This document shows, in pieces, positions 27,700 through 38,074 of a stretch of 64,000 nt of DNA. The DNA lies in assembly GCF_009914755.1 (NCBI RefSeq), contig NC_060926.1, one strand, 5' to 3'. The number at the start of each line of letters is the position of its first letter. Positions within the stretch are counted from its first letter, which is position 1. The notes below the pieces were generated by a model that was given only the letters and a program-made list of their open reading frames with translations, did no database searches and was not told where the DNA came from. The translations under genes and the position numbers were made by a program. The stretch is from the human T2T-CHM13v2.0 reference genome, Homo sapiens.

Positions 27700-28150
27700 C
27701 AGGCCCTTCTGCAGGTATTCCCACACTTGCCGGCCGTCTCCCACCTCCATGAGCGTGGCCTTCGCCCATTAGTCAAAGGCTCCCTGAAGACAGTCCCCTT
27801 AGTCAGCAAGTGGTTCTCTGAAAGGCTTTCTTTCTCCTCAATATGAGGAAGGGGCTTCCTGAGGAAACGGTCCCCTCAGCAATCTGGAAAAAGCCCGAGG
27901 AAACACCGCACCTCCCCATCAGTCTGGAGACTCTCAGAAGGGATACTTCTCCTATCAGTCTAGGGGCTCCCTGACAGGGTTCCTCCCTCAGAGTCTCCAT
28001 CATTGTGGTTAATCAAGGAAGGGTCTTCTCCATCAGTGTGGGGTCCTTGAGGGGATGCCTTCCCCTGCAGTGTGGGGTTCCTAAGAAGATACCCCCAGCA
28101 GTGTGGGGCCCCTGAGGGGATGCCCTAAGTAGTGTGGGTCCCCTGAGGGC
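27700..28150. repeat. Highly diverged tandem array, about 11 units of 30-40 bp
   Basis: Minus-strand units such as CCCCTCAGGGGCCCCACACTGCTGGGGG, CCCCTCAAGGACCCCACACTGATGGAGAAG and CCCTGTCAGGGAGCCCCTAGACTGATAGGAG. Confidence 0.7.
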
Positions 28151-28279
28151 CACAGCTTCAGCAGATTGGGCAACTCTTGCCAATTCCTGGACAAGAGCAG
28201 TCAAAGTAAAGTGGAGGTGTCAACCAAGAATCTGAGTCACGCTCAAGTTGATGGTCAGGATAGGATGCCAGTCCACGCC

Positions 28280-28600
28280 CATGCAGGTTTTAAAAAGAAA
28301 ATGATGGTGGGCATCATAATGCTTATGAAGCTGGTAATGAAGAGGGCAGTGATACCTGGTGGTGGTGCCAGTGATGGTATGGATGTGGTGAGAAGCTGGA
28401 GGCCTTGTGTTTGGTAGTGTCAGTGACGGTGGAAGAGGCAGTGCTGGATGTGGTGGGGAGAACTAGGGAGGTGGTATTGATGGTGGTTGCAACAGTGGGG
28501 GTGGCCACAATTATGGATGAGGTTGGCACTGGTGGTGGAAGTGGTGGGTACTGTAAACCAATCGCCACCTGCTGGAGACCTGCCCTAAAAGAAAAGGGTC
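28280..28600 (-). pseudogene. Ser/Thr/Pro-rich mucin-like stalk pseudo-exon
   Basis: Acceptor CTCTGCTCTCCTTGGCACAG, phase 1 in frame with PPLPPPVPTSSIIVATPTVATTINTTSLVLPTTSSTASSTVTDTT. Could instead be non-coding CAC/CAT low-complexity DNA. Confidence 0.4.
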
Positions 28601-28699
28601 CTGTGCCAAGGAGAGCAGAGAGTTGAGGGAAGAAGAGGGACATTTATCCAGAATAGCTGGGGGAGAAGCTAAACCATAGTGGAAAGGGGAAACCAAAGC

Positions 28700-29202
28700 T
28701 GTATTTGTATTCAAAAGTGGTTCAAGTTAGACCTGAAACAGGAGCACCAGTGACCAAATCTGAAGCTGTGGAAGTTATAAGCATCTCAAAGTGTGATCCC
28801 AGGACCAAGACTGGGAAGCTGAGAGGGGGGAAGCCTCGTTTTTATGGAGTCCCTTGCAAGATTGGGTCTGAGGGCTCTGAAGACCCACAGTGAGCTGTCA
28901 TGCCTCCGGACTGGCCAGATGAGTCTGGCAAGTCCAGGGCTGCTCCTGACCAGATGGGGAAGGACTCATGGCCAGACCTGTGCCTTTCTTGTCCCTCACC
29001 CTCTTTGTCTTCCACTCAGAGGGAAGGTGGGGCTGTGGAGGGAGGTCAGAATCAGTTGGTGAATGTTAAAAATATAAACACACCTCTTCCCAACATGAAC
29101 TGGGCAATCTGACTCAGTTTGTCCAGGGTGGGGTCTGAGCATAAGTATTTTTAATAAGCTCCCAAGGTGATTCTGATATAAACACACACAAACACACACA
29201 CA

Positions 29203-29245
<43 letters not shown>

Positions 29246-29600
29246 TCATCAAGATCCATGCCCAGATACGATATTTGGCAACCCCTATCTCTGCCACTGG
29301 GCCGGGGGTTATTTATAGTAGAAGGCAACAATATTTCCACATCATCACTTCTTCACCTGCTCCACCCATAAGGTCTTGGGAGCTGTAGGTGAATAGATGA
29401 TTTGCCAGGTGAAGAGGTGGGGCCCAGGACTGCAGCAGGGGCCTGGGATGGTCATTTCTTGGTAACGATCTCATGTCAGGGGCCAAGGAAGAAAAGGGAA
29501 GTGTTGGCATCCAGCACTTTCTGCCAAGACCTGACTCCACACGGATCCCTGGATGCCCTTGAGAGGAGGCCTTTGGGAGCTTACAGGTTGAGGGAAGGAG
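28700..29600 (-). pseudogene. FN3 repeat from a 16-nt microexon (29600-29585) plus exons starting at 29382 and 28818
   Basis: Microexon PSLN with donor GTAAGC; PKTLWVEQ..GNIVAFYYK; PSLGPGI/HFEMLITS (L.PGT.YE pattern). Confidence 0.5.
29181..29241 (+). repeat. (CA)n microsatellite next to a MER5-like fragment (about 29080-29180)
   Basis: Direct read. Confidence 0.9.
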
Positions 29601-29833
29601 CTGGGGAACGTTGAGTGGATCAGTGAAGAAAGAGAGAAGGCTGAGCTTAGGGTGAAGGTGCGAGGGTGCTGGGCAGGGGCTCTCAGTCCCCTTGAGGGGG
29701 CTATGCTTTCTGTGTGTAGGGCCCTCCACAGTGCTCTCCAGGTGCACCTGCCCGTTCTTCTAGACCAGCTCCCACTCAGCCTGTCCATGAAGCCTTTCCA
29801 GATAGCAGGGCCCTCTTCTTTTGCTAGGCTCAC

Positions 29834-30550
29834 AGCTTGAGTTCTTTGTGTTGGGGATTACACAACCCAGTTCTGATAGTTTTTCTGTTGTGCCATCCCC
29901 ACTGGATCCCCCTTTCCCCTACTGCCTTCACCGATTTGCAGCCTCCCTGAAGGCAACCGCAGTAGCTCGCATCTCCGCATCCCATTTGTCTTTCTCTGGG
30001 CCTTCATTATCAACATGCACATTCAGCATAGAAGAGCATTTGTTAAAATGTTTGGCCTTGATGTGAGAGCGGGATGAGCACCCAATGGGAAGTCAGAGCC
30101 CTCGGGTTCTAGCTCCAACTGGGGCCCCTTTCCTGGCTTCTAGGGACCCAATCCAACGGGAAAGACAGGAAAACAGCTTATTCTTGCTTCCTCTCCTTCT
30201 TCATCAGGCCCTGGAGATTCTGTGTCCCTGGTTCTAATGTAGCAGCCTTGAGCCCACCAGCAACAGAGAGATAGGTCCTCTTCCCTGGTGCCTACAGGTG
30301 AGACTGCAGGAAGAGAAGGGGACCTTGAGGTCACCTTTTTGATGCTGACAATCCCATTCTCTCTCCTTGAGGCTCTGCAAGGGGGCCGCCTCAGGACACA
30401 GGCCTCGGGGGAAAAAGGGCAAAGTTTGGCAAATCAGGTTGATTTGACTTGAGTTGATCAAAGGAAACTTCTTAAAGGGGGAGGAAAGCAAGAATGGCCT
30501 TGGGAATGGGCCCAAGGACAGCAATGGCTCACTTTGAAGATGGGGAGGCC
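29834..30550 (-). pseudogene. FN3 repeat from an 18-nt microexon (30550-30533) plus exons 30303-30182 and 29946-29834
   Basis: Microexon with CTTCCTTCACTTCAG / GTGAGC joins in phase 1 to give PPHLQISPVGTREEDLSLCCW..GCYIR. Last exon gives VGMAQQKNYQNWVV (FN3 tyrosine-corner-like), donor GTGAGC. Confidence 0.55.
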
Positions 30551-30929
30551 CTGAAGTGAAGGAAGGGGGTAGCTCGTGGCTGGGCTAGCTGGAGGGAGAG
30601 GGGTTTGAATTGGGGTTTGTCCAGGTGGGGAAGAGTTCAGGGAGGCCCAATGTGGGAGGTTTAGGGGCACAAAGGATTTTTGGACCTCAGGTCCAGGGGA
30701 AGAGGGAGAGACTGAGGGATTAAAAGCAGCCAGGAAAGCGATGGGCTTTCTCGAGTTCCTCAGTATGTCAGCTGCCACTCGGTCACCTGAGGCTGGGCTG
30801 GGCAGCTGCTTCCAGGTGAGAGCAGGAATCTCAGGTCAACTCCACCTCCCAGCCAGAACCTGCAGGGAGTCTGAGGGACTTCTTACCTTCTAAGCCCTCA
30901 GCCCGGCAGCTCCTGTCCCTCTGCTGCAG

Positions 30930-30932
<3 letters not shown>

Positions 30933-30975
<43 letters not shown>
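30933..30975 (+). repeat. (GT)n microsatellite
   Basis: Direct read, about 21 units. Confidence 0.95.
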
Positions 30976-30978
<3 letters not shown>

Positions 30979-31371
30979 CCTTAGGAATGAAGGATGTCAA
31001 TCTTGGGGAGGGAAGGCAGGGTCCCTGCCTTCTGCCCAGTGGGAATAGAATGGTGCTGGTGGATATTTCTCCATTCTAAATGGGGGACAAGTGAGGAAGC
31101 TTCTAAAACTTTGCTCCATAAGCAGCCACCTGTGGAGGCAGAGACCCTGGGGAGGACGAGTCAGGAGCCCCTAAGGGGTGTGTGGGGTGTGTGAAAGCTG
31201 GCACCTCCCAGGATGCCCCACCTCTCCCCCTGGGGGCCTGTACAAGGCCCCAGCCAGGCCTCAGCAAGGTGTTTCCCACCTTCCTCCTCTCCCACATCCC
31301 TCTCAGGATGTCCTCCCAACCAGGGTCCCTGCTCCCACATTGGAGGTGTCCATGCGGGGAGGCAGTGATGA

Positions 31372-31912
31372 GGGAAATGAGAGCATATGTCTATACAAAG
31401 TTGTGCAAAGACTCATACGCAGATGTTGAGCAACTTTATTTGTAATAGCCCCAAACTGGAAAAACCCCAAATATTCATCAACAGGTGCGTGGATAAACAA
31501 ATTCTGGTATATCTATCCCATGGAACATTAGTCAGCAATTAAAAGGAATGAACTACTGATTCATGCAACAGCTTGGAAGAATCTCAAAATAATTATGCTA
31601 AGTGAAAGAAGCCAGGAAAAAGAGTACATGTTGTATGATTCCATTTATATAAAGCTCTGGAAAATGCAAACTAATCTATAGTGACAGAAAGCAAAGCAGT
31701 GGCTGCCAGGGACAAGGAGTGGAAGTTGGAGGGGAGGGAGGGAGGGATTACCAAGGAGCAGGAGGAAACTTTTGGAGATGATGAATATGTTCATTATCTT
31801 GATTGTGGTGATGGTTTCACAGATGTATGTATATGTCAGACATGATCAAACTGGGCACCTAAAATAGGTGCTGCTTATTATATGCTCAGTTATACCTCAA
31901 TACAGCTGTACT
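31372..31912 (+). mobile_element. Old L1 (L1MB/L1ME-type) 3' end
   Basis: gcaactttatttgtaatagccccaaactggaaa...gaatctcaaaataattatgctaagtgaaagaagccag...ttatacctcaata. Confidence 0.85.
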
Positions 31913-32040
31913 AAAAGATGGGGTTGGTGACCGTCATGATGATGGTGATAAAGCTGAAGGAAAAGTTGCTGGCAGGTCAACCACAGGCATGAGTGAGGCC
32001 ATCATTCTCTAACAGTAATTTAGATATTTGCCTTTCTCTG

Positions 32041-32777
<737 letters not shown>

Positions 32778-33138
32778 TCCTAGAAACTGGGGATGGATGA
32801 GACTGTGCCTTCTTCATCTCTTCCCCAGCACTCTGTGCGGGGTTCACAGGGTAGCAGGCAGGCCATAGAGTTCATGTGGTCATCTCAGCAATGTCAACGG
32901 AGAGGAACAAATGCTACAGCATGAGATCCCCAGGGGGCTGTGGGAGCACAGAGGAACATGGGTGCCTGACACAAATTTTGTGAGGCGGGCAGTCCATGAA
33001 GGCTTCCTAGAAGAGTCATATCTGAACTGAGCCTGGACAGGTATGTAGCAGGTATCTAGGCAACGCAGGCTGGGGTGGAGAAGTGTCCCAAAAGCAGGGA
33101 TGAGTTTGTTGTGTCTAGAAATCATAGGGATCCCCTAC

Positions 33139-33558
33139 CATGAAGTGGGTACAGAGGTTGACATTGGAAGGTGACAGTGATGTCCCAGAGGTTTCCTTCT
33201 GATGTGAGAGAGGTCTCTGTCATCTCAATTATCTTGCTGTTCCACTATCCACGTGCCTGCCCTGTTACTAGCCCATCAAAAGTAGGGACAAGGATGCAGA
33301 AGATTGTAGAGGTACCCACAGACCCCACCTGCTGTTCCCCTCAATGGAAGAGAGACTGTGTGACTCTGGGAGGCGCCTGATGGATGGGCTTCCTCTCAGG
33401 CAGTGTTATGAGATCCCCCTTGAATTTCCACCCTGTGTCCTGTGATGCTCAGGTCTGGAGCCAAGGCGGTGGTGTAAACAAGGCCTGGCCAGTGAGGGTG
33501 GGTGTGTTGTTTGCTGATAGATGTCAGCTGGAACAACCTGAACTGGCCCCACTGGTCC
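33139..33558 (-). pseudogene. Two pseudo-exons, FN3 repeat 1 (33558 to about 33377, and 33261-33139)
   Basis: Acceptor TTTGTTCCTGTTGCCCCTAG; GPVGPVQ/QLTSISK..HWPG..APDLSITGHRVEI (W...ITGYRV motif). Second exon is 123 nt, phase 1-1, ETSLTSEGNLWDITVTFQ, with one TAG. Confidence 0.55.
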
Positions 33559-34780
33559 CTAGGGGCAACAGGAACAAAGTGGGGAGGATGCGGGTCATGC
33601 CGGGCTCTTCCAGGCAGACCAGCTGTGCTCCCCACACACAGGGTGGCCTTGGGCAGCACAGCCAAACCTGCCTTGCAGGCTTGGGGTGAGCCAGAGAGGC
33701 AACCTCTTGCCCTGGCTTGAGCCCACCCTGTGTGTGGCCATAGCTTCCATGACCTGCCTGGAGCCCCAGCTCAGCTAAAGCTTTTGTAGGGTGCAGCCAC
33801 CCACCATAGCAGAGCCTGCCACACACCCTGAGGATTCAGTGTCCTCAGCACTCAGTGACTAGGGGCTACAGGGACCACTCATTCATGGGCGAGGAGATCC
33901 CACTTGTGTGGATTTGTCTTGACATGTCATAGTACCTCCCCTTCCCTCTGGCTCCATCATGGTTTCCGAATCATCCTTTCTTCTATACAACAATCCCTCC
34001 TCACCGCTGACACTATCCATCTAAAGCCATCATCCGCCCACACCACTCCCTGCCCCTGGAGGGACACTGCTGTTTATTGCGCACCAGCTCACACGGCCAC
34101 CAGCCCCACCCTGTGAGATCGGGACCCTGACCCAGCTGGAGCATCTGTTCACATCCTCTGTTGATTATTTAAGCGGCGTCTGTCTGCATAGAAGGGTTAC
34201 AGTATTCTGAAGGGCTGCCGTCCAGCCTTTTCTCCAGGGCTAGCTGCTTTGTTTAACCAGCCTTTGGGCTCCTGGGCAGGTGGTCCCAGGGACTCTGCAG
34301 CTGCAGAGATGGCTCTGGGCTCCCACTACCCTTCTCCAGCTTGGCCTCATGCCAGGCAAGAGGCAGGAGCAGGTACCCTTCCTCCCTGCCGGGACCTACC
34401 CCACTGTGCCCTCCATCCCTTGTGTCCCTGGAGGCACAGCATGCCGGGAAGGCTGCTCCCTGCTGGCCCTGCTCACTGCCCCTGCTCACTGCCCCATGCT
34501 GGGGAGGGGGACGCGGCATCCTTTTCACATGGCAGCTCCACTGATGCCCACAGCAGCACATTCCAGGCCCCAGATCCTTCCAACCAGGACTGTTCCATTC
34601 ACGAGTCACAGCTCCACAGCAGCCACGTCTCTGCCATGTTCTTGAAAAACAGAGAAGGAAAAAGAAATGTCACAATGACCACTGCACTCGCCATTCCAGG
34701 GCTTCTGAGGCCTTTGGTGAAAGCCAACTTGAATCCAAAGCTGGCAGGGGTGGCAGTGGGTGGGGCCAGAAAGGCGGCTG

Positions 34781-34822
34781 CTGATTGATTGTTGGCAGAA
34801 ATCACGAGGTTTTACCGGAAGT
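34781..34822. promoter_or_regulatory. Dense TF-motif cluster (candidate enhancer core)
   Basis: TGATTGATTG (PBX/HOX-type), TTGGCA (NFI half-site) and ACCGGAAGT (ETS consensus) within about 40 bp. Confidence 0.4.
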
Positions 34823-34859
34823 CAGCCCCTCCCCTTCCTCCAGCTTCTTCCCTTCTGCC

Positions 34860-34965
34860 TTCTGGAGAGGTCAGGGATGCCTGGCGGACGGCCGTGGCTG
34901 CCCCTTCAAAGGTGCTTCCAGGATGCAGACCTGGAAAGGAGCTTAGGAATATGATGACTGTCTAT
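34860..34965 (-). pseudogene. Pseudo-exon: CCP/sushi C-terminal half-like
   Basis: HPGSTFEGAATAV(R=CGC, possibly from TGC Cys)QASLTSP versus CCP pattern C.PGY.L.G....TC...G.W...P. Confidence 0.35.
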
Positions 34966-35351
34966 CTGTAGCCCCAAGCCACGTCTGTGTGTGACAAGAC
35001 CAAGGGTGGTTCAGGAGGCAAAGCATTTGAGAAGCAGATGGCTCTGGAAAATCTGGCCTGCAGGGCTGAGACACTTCCAGGCCATCAAGTCCAAACTCTT
35101 CTCTTATAGATGGTGAAAACTGAGTTCTGCCAGCACTGACCTGGGATTTCTGAACTCAGGGTGCTAGGAGCCCTATGGGTTATCCAGGCCTGCCCTTTAG
35201 TTTCCTTCCTCATGCTCCCTCTACATACATGTGTGCATACACACGTGCACACACGTGTACCCACACACACAGCTAATTCACTGACACCTCCCTGACTTTA
35301 AGATTGTGAGAGTGACATGAGACACATACATGGTGCATGCCTTACACTTAC

Positions 35352-35457
35352 AGGGAGGCCATCACACCTGAATAGGTGCAGCGAACTCTGAGAGGTCTCA
35401 GCAGGGTGGAGACAGAACCTGACTGCACCAGGCCCCTCCTGACCTGGGGTTTTCTCG
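35352..35457 (-). pseudogene. Pseudo-exon with intact splice sites, possibly CCP/sushi-like
   Basis: Acceptor CCTTCTCTGCTTCAG, donor T|GTAAGT; RKPQVRRGLVQSG...LRVRC/LFRCDG. Confidence 0.4.
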
Positions 35458-36155
35458 CTGAAGCAGAGAAGGTAGACTGCAGCCCTTTGGCTAGATATTG
35501 GGGAGACCAGGAATATGGATAAAATGAGAGAAGGTTTTGGGAACATCAGAGTGGCCCCAAAGAAGGGAATCCCTGAACCCAAACCAGCTGCCCAGCTACT
35601 GCTGGTAGCCCAGGTTCTGAGGCTGAGGAATGGGGAAGCCCCATCCCCACTCTTCAGCACCCAGTTGATTGGAAGAGGGAGGAAGCTGGCAGCTGGGGAA
35701 AGGTCTTGGGCCAAACATTTTTCCACTGGTGAATCAGAGGACAGCAGTAACAGGAGCCAGGCTGGCCTGACCCCAGCCACCTCTGTGAGTCATAGCTGAG
35801 GTCCCTGTGCTAATCTTAACCCCTCAGAGAGGACTTGTTGGGACTTGCCACCAAATCTTGACCACCAAAATAGTCTTGGAGCTGACGTGGCCCTGGAAAG
35901 CCCTGGCCCATCACAGAAGGGGTCAGAGAATGGAGCCAGGGTAGAGAGGGCTGGTCTGGGAGTTAGGCTGTGCCCCAGCTCTCCCGTGACCTTGAGCAAC
36001 TCACAGTGAAGTGTTAGCAAGATGGGCTCCCAGGTCCCTTCCAGACATTCTCCCAGACCAGAGCCAAACTGGGTCTGAGAAGGAAGGAACCAGGACCTGA
36101 GGCAGCAGAAGGTTTTCAGGCCAGGTCTGGCCCTGCCCTCATCACAGTTGCTCAC

Positions 36156-36269
36156 CAAGGTCCTCGCCTTTTACAGTGCACAGCTAGTGACAGCAACCTT
36201 GGTTCTGGGGCCAGCTGCATCCAAAATTTGTTCTGGGATTTTTGACAAGTTGCTTCACAAATCTCCTTT
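36156..36269 (-). pseudogene. Pseudo-exon: EGF-like domain (114 nt)
   Basis: Acceptor CTGCCTTCCCTGTAG, donor G|GTGAGC. Frames give EICEATCQK/PRTNFGCSWP/RLLSLAVHCK, a C..C.N..F.C.C...L....C EGF pattern with one Cys TGC>TGG. Confidence 0.55.
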
Positions 36270-37462
36270 CTACAGGGAAGGCAGTACAGCTAGTGGTTTA
36301 AGGCACTGGACTTTGAAGTCAGACTAACCCAGGTGAGAATCACTTAGTCGCTGGGTGTCCTGGGGCAAGTCATTTAAATGTTCAGCAAATTTCAGCTGCT
36401 ATCATTACCAGCTAGTATGTCTGGTCCTCAATTATGTCCTTCTATAAAAAAAAGAGGATAGCAAGAATGATTTCTAAGTCCCTTTCTCTAGCTGTCCTTT
36501 TCTCTAATCAGGTCCTTGACCCTGCACAATCAATTCAGGGACTGGGACCTTGTGGCAAATGAGAGAACAATGAGTTGAGGAAACATCTCTGGGACTACAG
36601 AAAAGGGATTTAAGATGCAACACAGGGACTGTGGTGAAACAGAGGTGAGCTCTGGAAAGGCTTGGTGCAGGAGCAGGAGCCAGGCCAAGTTCTGAAGCTC
36701 AGTGCAGGGGGCTGAGGCTCGGGTCTGGGAGACTGGAACCTGAGCCCTGATGGCTGGGAGGAAGCCTTCTCCCCAGCTCAGGCTGAGCCTCAGGTTTCCA
36801 CTGCATTCTGAGCAGAAGAATCTTTCTTTTCACATCATTTCCCCAGATAATCTTTTCATCATGGTCTGAATGACCATTGTGTCAAATTATCTTAAAAGAT
36901 TATTGAAAATGTTGCACCCCCTCCTTTTCTTCTAGTGTGCTGGTGTGCATGCATGTGTGTGTGTGTCTGTGTGTGTGAGAGAGAGAGAGAGACAGAGAGA
37001 GAGAATGGGGGGAAATTGAGCAAGAGAAAGAACAAGAGAGATGCAACTGTGAGTATCCATTGGTGTCCTGTTAGGGCCATATGAACAGACAGATAGGTAC
37101 ATCCTTACTGTCTCCCAGGGATGCTGAAGCCATGGCCGGATGCTAAGGTGAGAAGGTGGGGGCCTAGAAAGGTTGGACCTACAGCACCAAACTCTTGCAC
37201 AGGCCAGAAAGAGGCCCTGCTTTCTTCATGCCCAACACTAGGACCTGTCTCCCAGAAGGTCCTAGAGCCCCAGAGACAACAGAAGCCTTCTTCTCCCGGT
37301 GGGAATGAGTGTGGGGACCTCACCCTCCAGGGAGCTTGGATGGGGCCAGGGTGAGGGCAGAAAGGATGGAGGTGACCCCTCTTGGGAAGGTAAGACCATA
37401 TGTGAGCCTAAAAGGAAGATGGGTCCTGGGAGGGGTGTGGTGCTGAGTCTGGAGCACCTCAC

Positions 37463-37712
37463 GCGGGTGGGCCTGTTAGACTTCCTCCTCCCAGTCAGGA
37501 GAGTCCAGGAGCACTCAGACGTCCTGGGTGCCTGGCAGGGGAGACAAGTCCAATGGATCTGGGATGCAGGGTGCTGGTGGCACAGTGAAGACACAATGGA
37601 CATTGTTTATAGTGTTGCCAAAGGCTGGAGACTGCAGAGGCCGCTAAGGAGTGGAGAGTGGAGGAGAAAACTACAATTAAATGGCAACCCCAGCGCCGTC
37701 TCAATTCCTGCC
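37463..37712 (-). pseudogene. Pseudo-exon 2: N-terminal part of a CUB domain
   Basis: Acceptor CTCTGCCCTCTCCTCCCTATCAG|G (phase 2, matching exon 1), donor C|GTGAGG. With frameshifts: FNCSFLLHSP..SG/LQSPAFGNTINNVHCVFTV/PASQIH../SECSW, versus CUB pattern CGG.L...SG.I.SP.FP..Y.NN..C.W.I...G..I.L.F..C.WD. Confidence 0.65.
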
Positions 37713-37994
37713 CTGATAGGGAGGAGAGGGCAGAGCTAATATGGAAAGGGTAGGAAGGGACAGGGCAATCCCTTGACAGAGAGAGCTTTGACTCAGGGGT
37801 CAAGGGAACAGCTGTGGAAGCCTCGGGCACATCTGGCTGGGGCTGGGCTGGAAGAGGGTGAGCCTGTGGCTGGCAGGGAGCCAGGGATGTGGTAGAGACA
37901 GATAGGGCCTGTGTTTACTGTCCAGCTGAGGTGTTGCAACAGGAAGCTGGCTGGGGGTGGCAGGGAGGAGGCTGCTCAGGCGGAAACTATTTAT

Positions 37995-38074
37995 CTGAAA
38001 CAGAAGGAACAGCTGGGGAGGGAGGCCAGGCGCAGCAGCCAGCTTTCCAAGGCCACGCAGGATGCCCGTGCCAT
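37995..38074 (-). pseudogene. Pseudo-exon 1: Kozak ATG and signal-peptide-like segment
   Basis: GCTGCCATGG; MARASCVALESWLLRLASLPSCSFCF plus AG, then ATAAAT (a GTAAAT donor mutated GT>AT); phase 2. Confidence 0.55.

Noticed and set aside
27129-27809. Longest ORF (226 aa, minus strand) as a real CDS
   Set aside because: Non-ATG start, begins inside a degenerate minisatellite, has no recognisable domain and crosses a likely intron/acceptor boundary near 27204.
27700-28150. CRISPR-like array or cyclin-B3-like coding repeats
   Set aside because: Eukaryotic context with no conserved repeats or unique spacers; unit lengths do not preserve frame, so the peptide resemblance is probably coincidental.
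34249-34788. 179-aa plus-strand ORF
   Set aside because: Low-information composition, no domain, and overlapping ORFs in several frames.
37020-37300. Second half of the CUB domain
   Set aside because: Two candidate segments (GFCCLWG.. near 37280 and SLG.TVRMYL near 37110) exist, but neither has convincing splice sites and motifs, so no exon is called.
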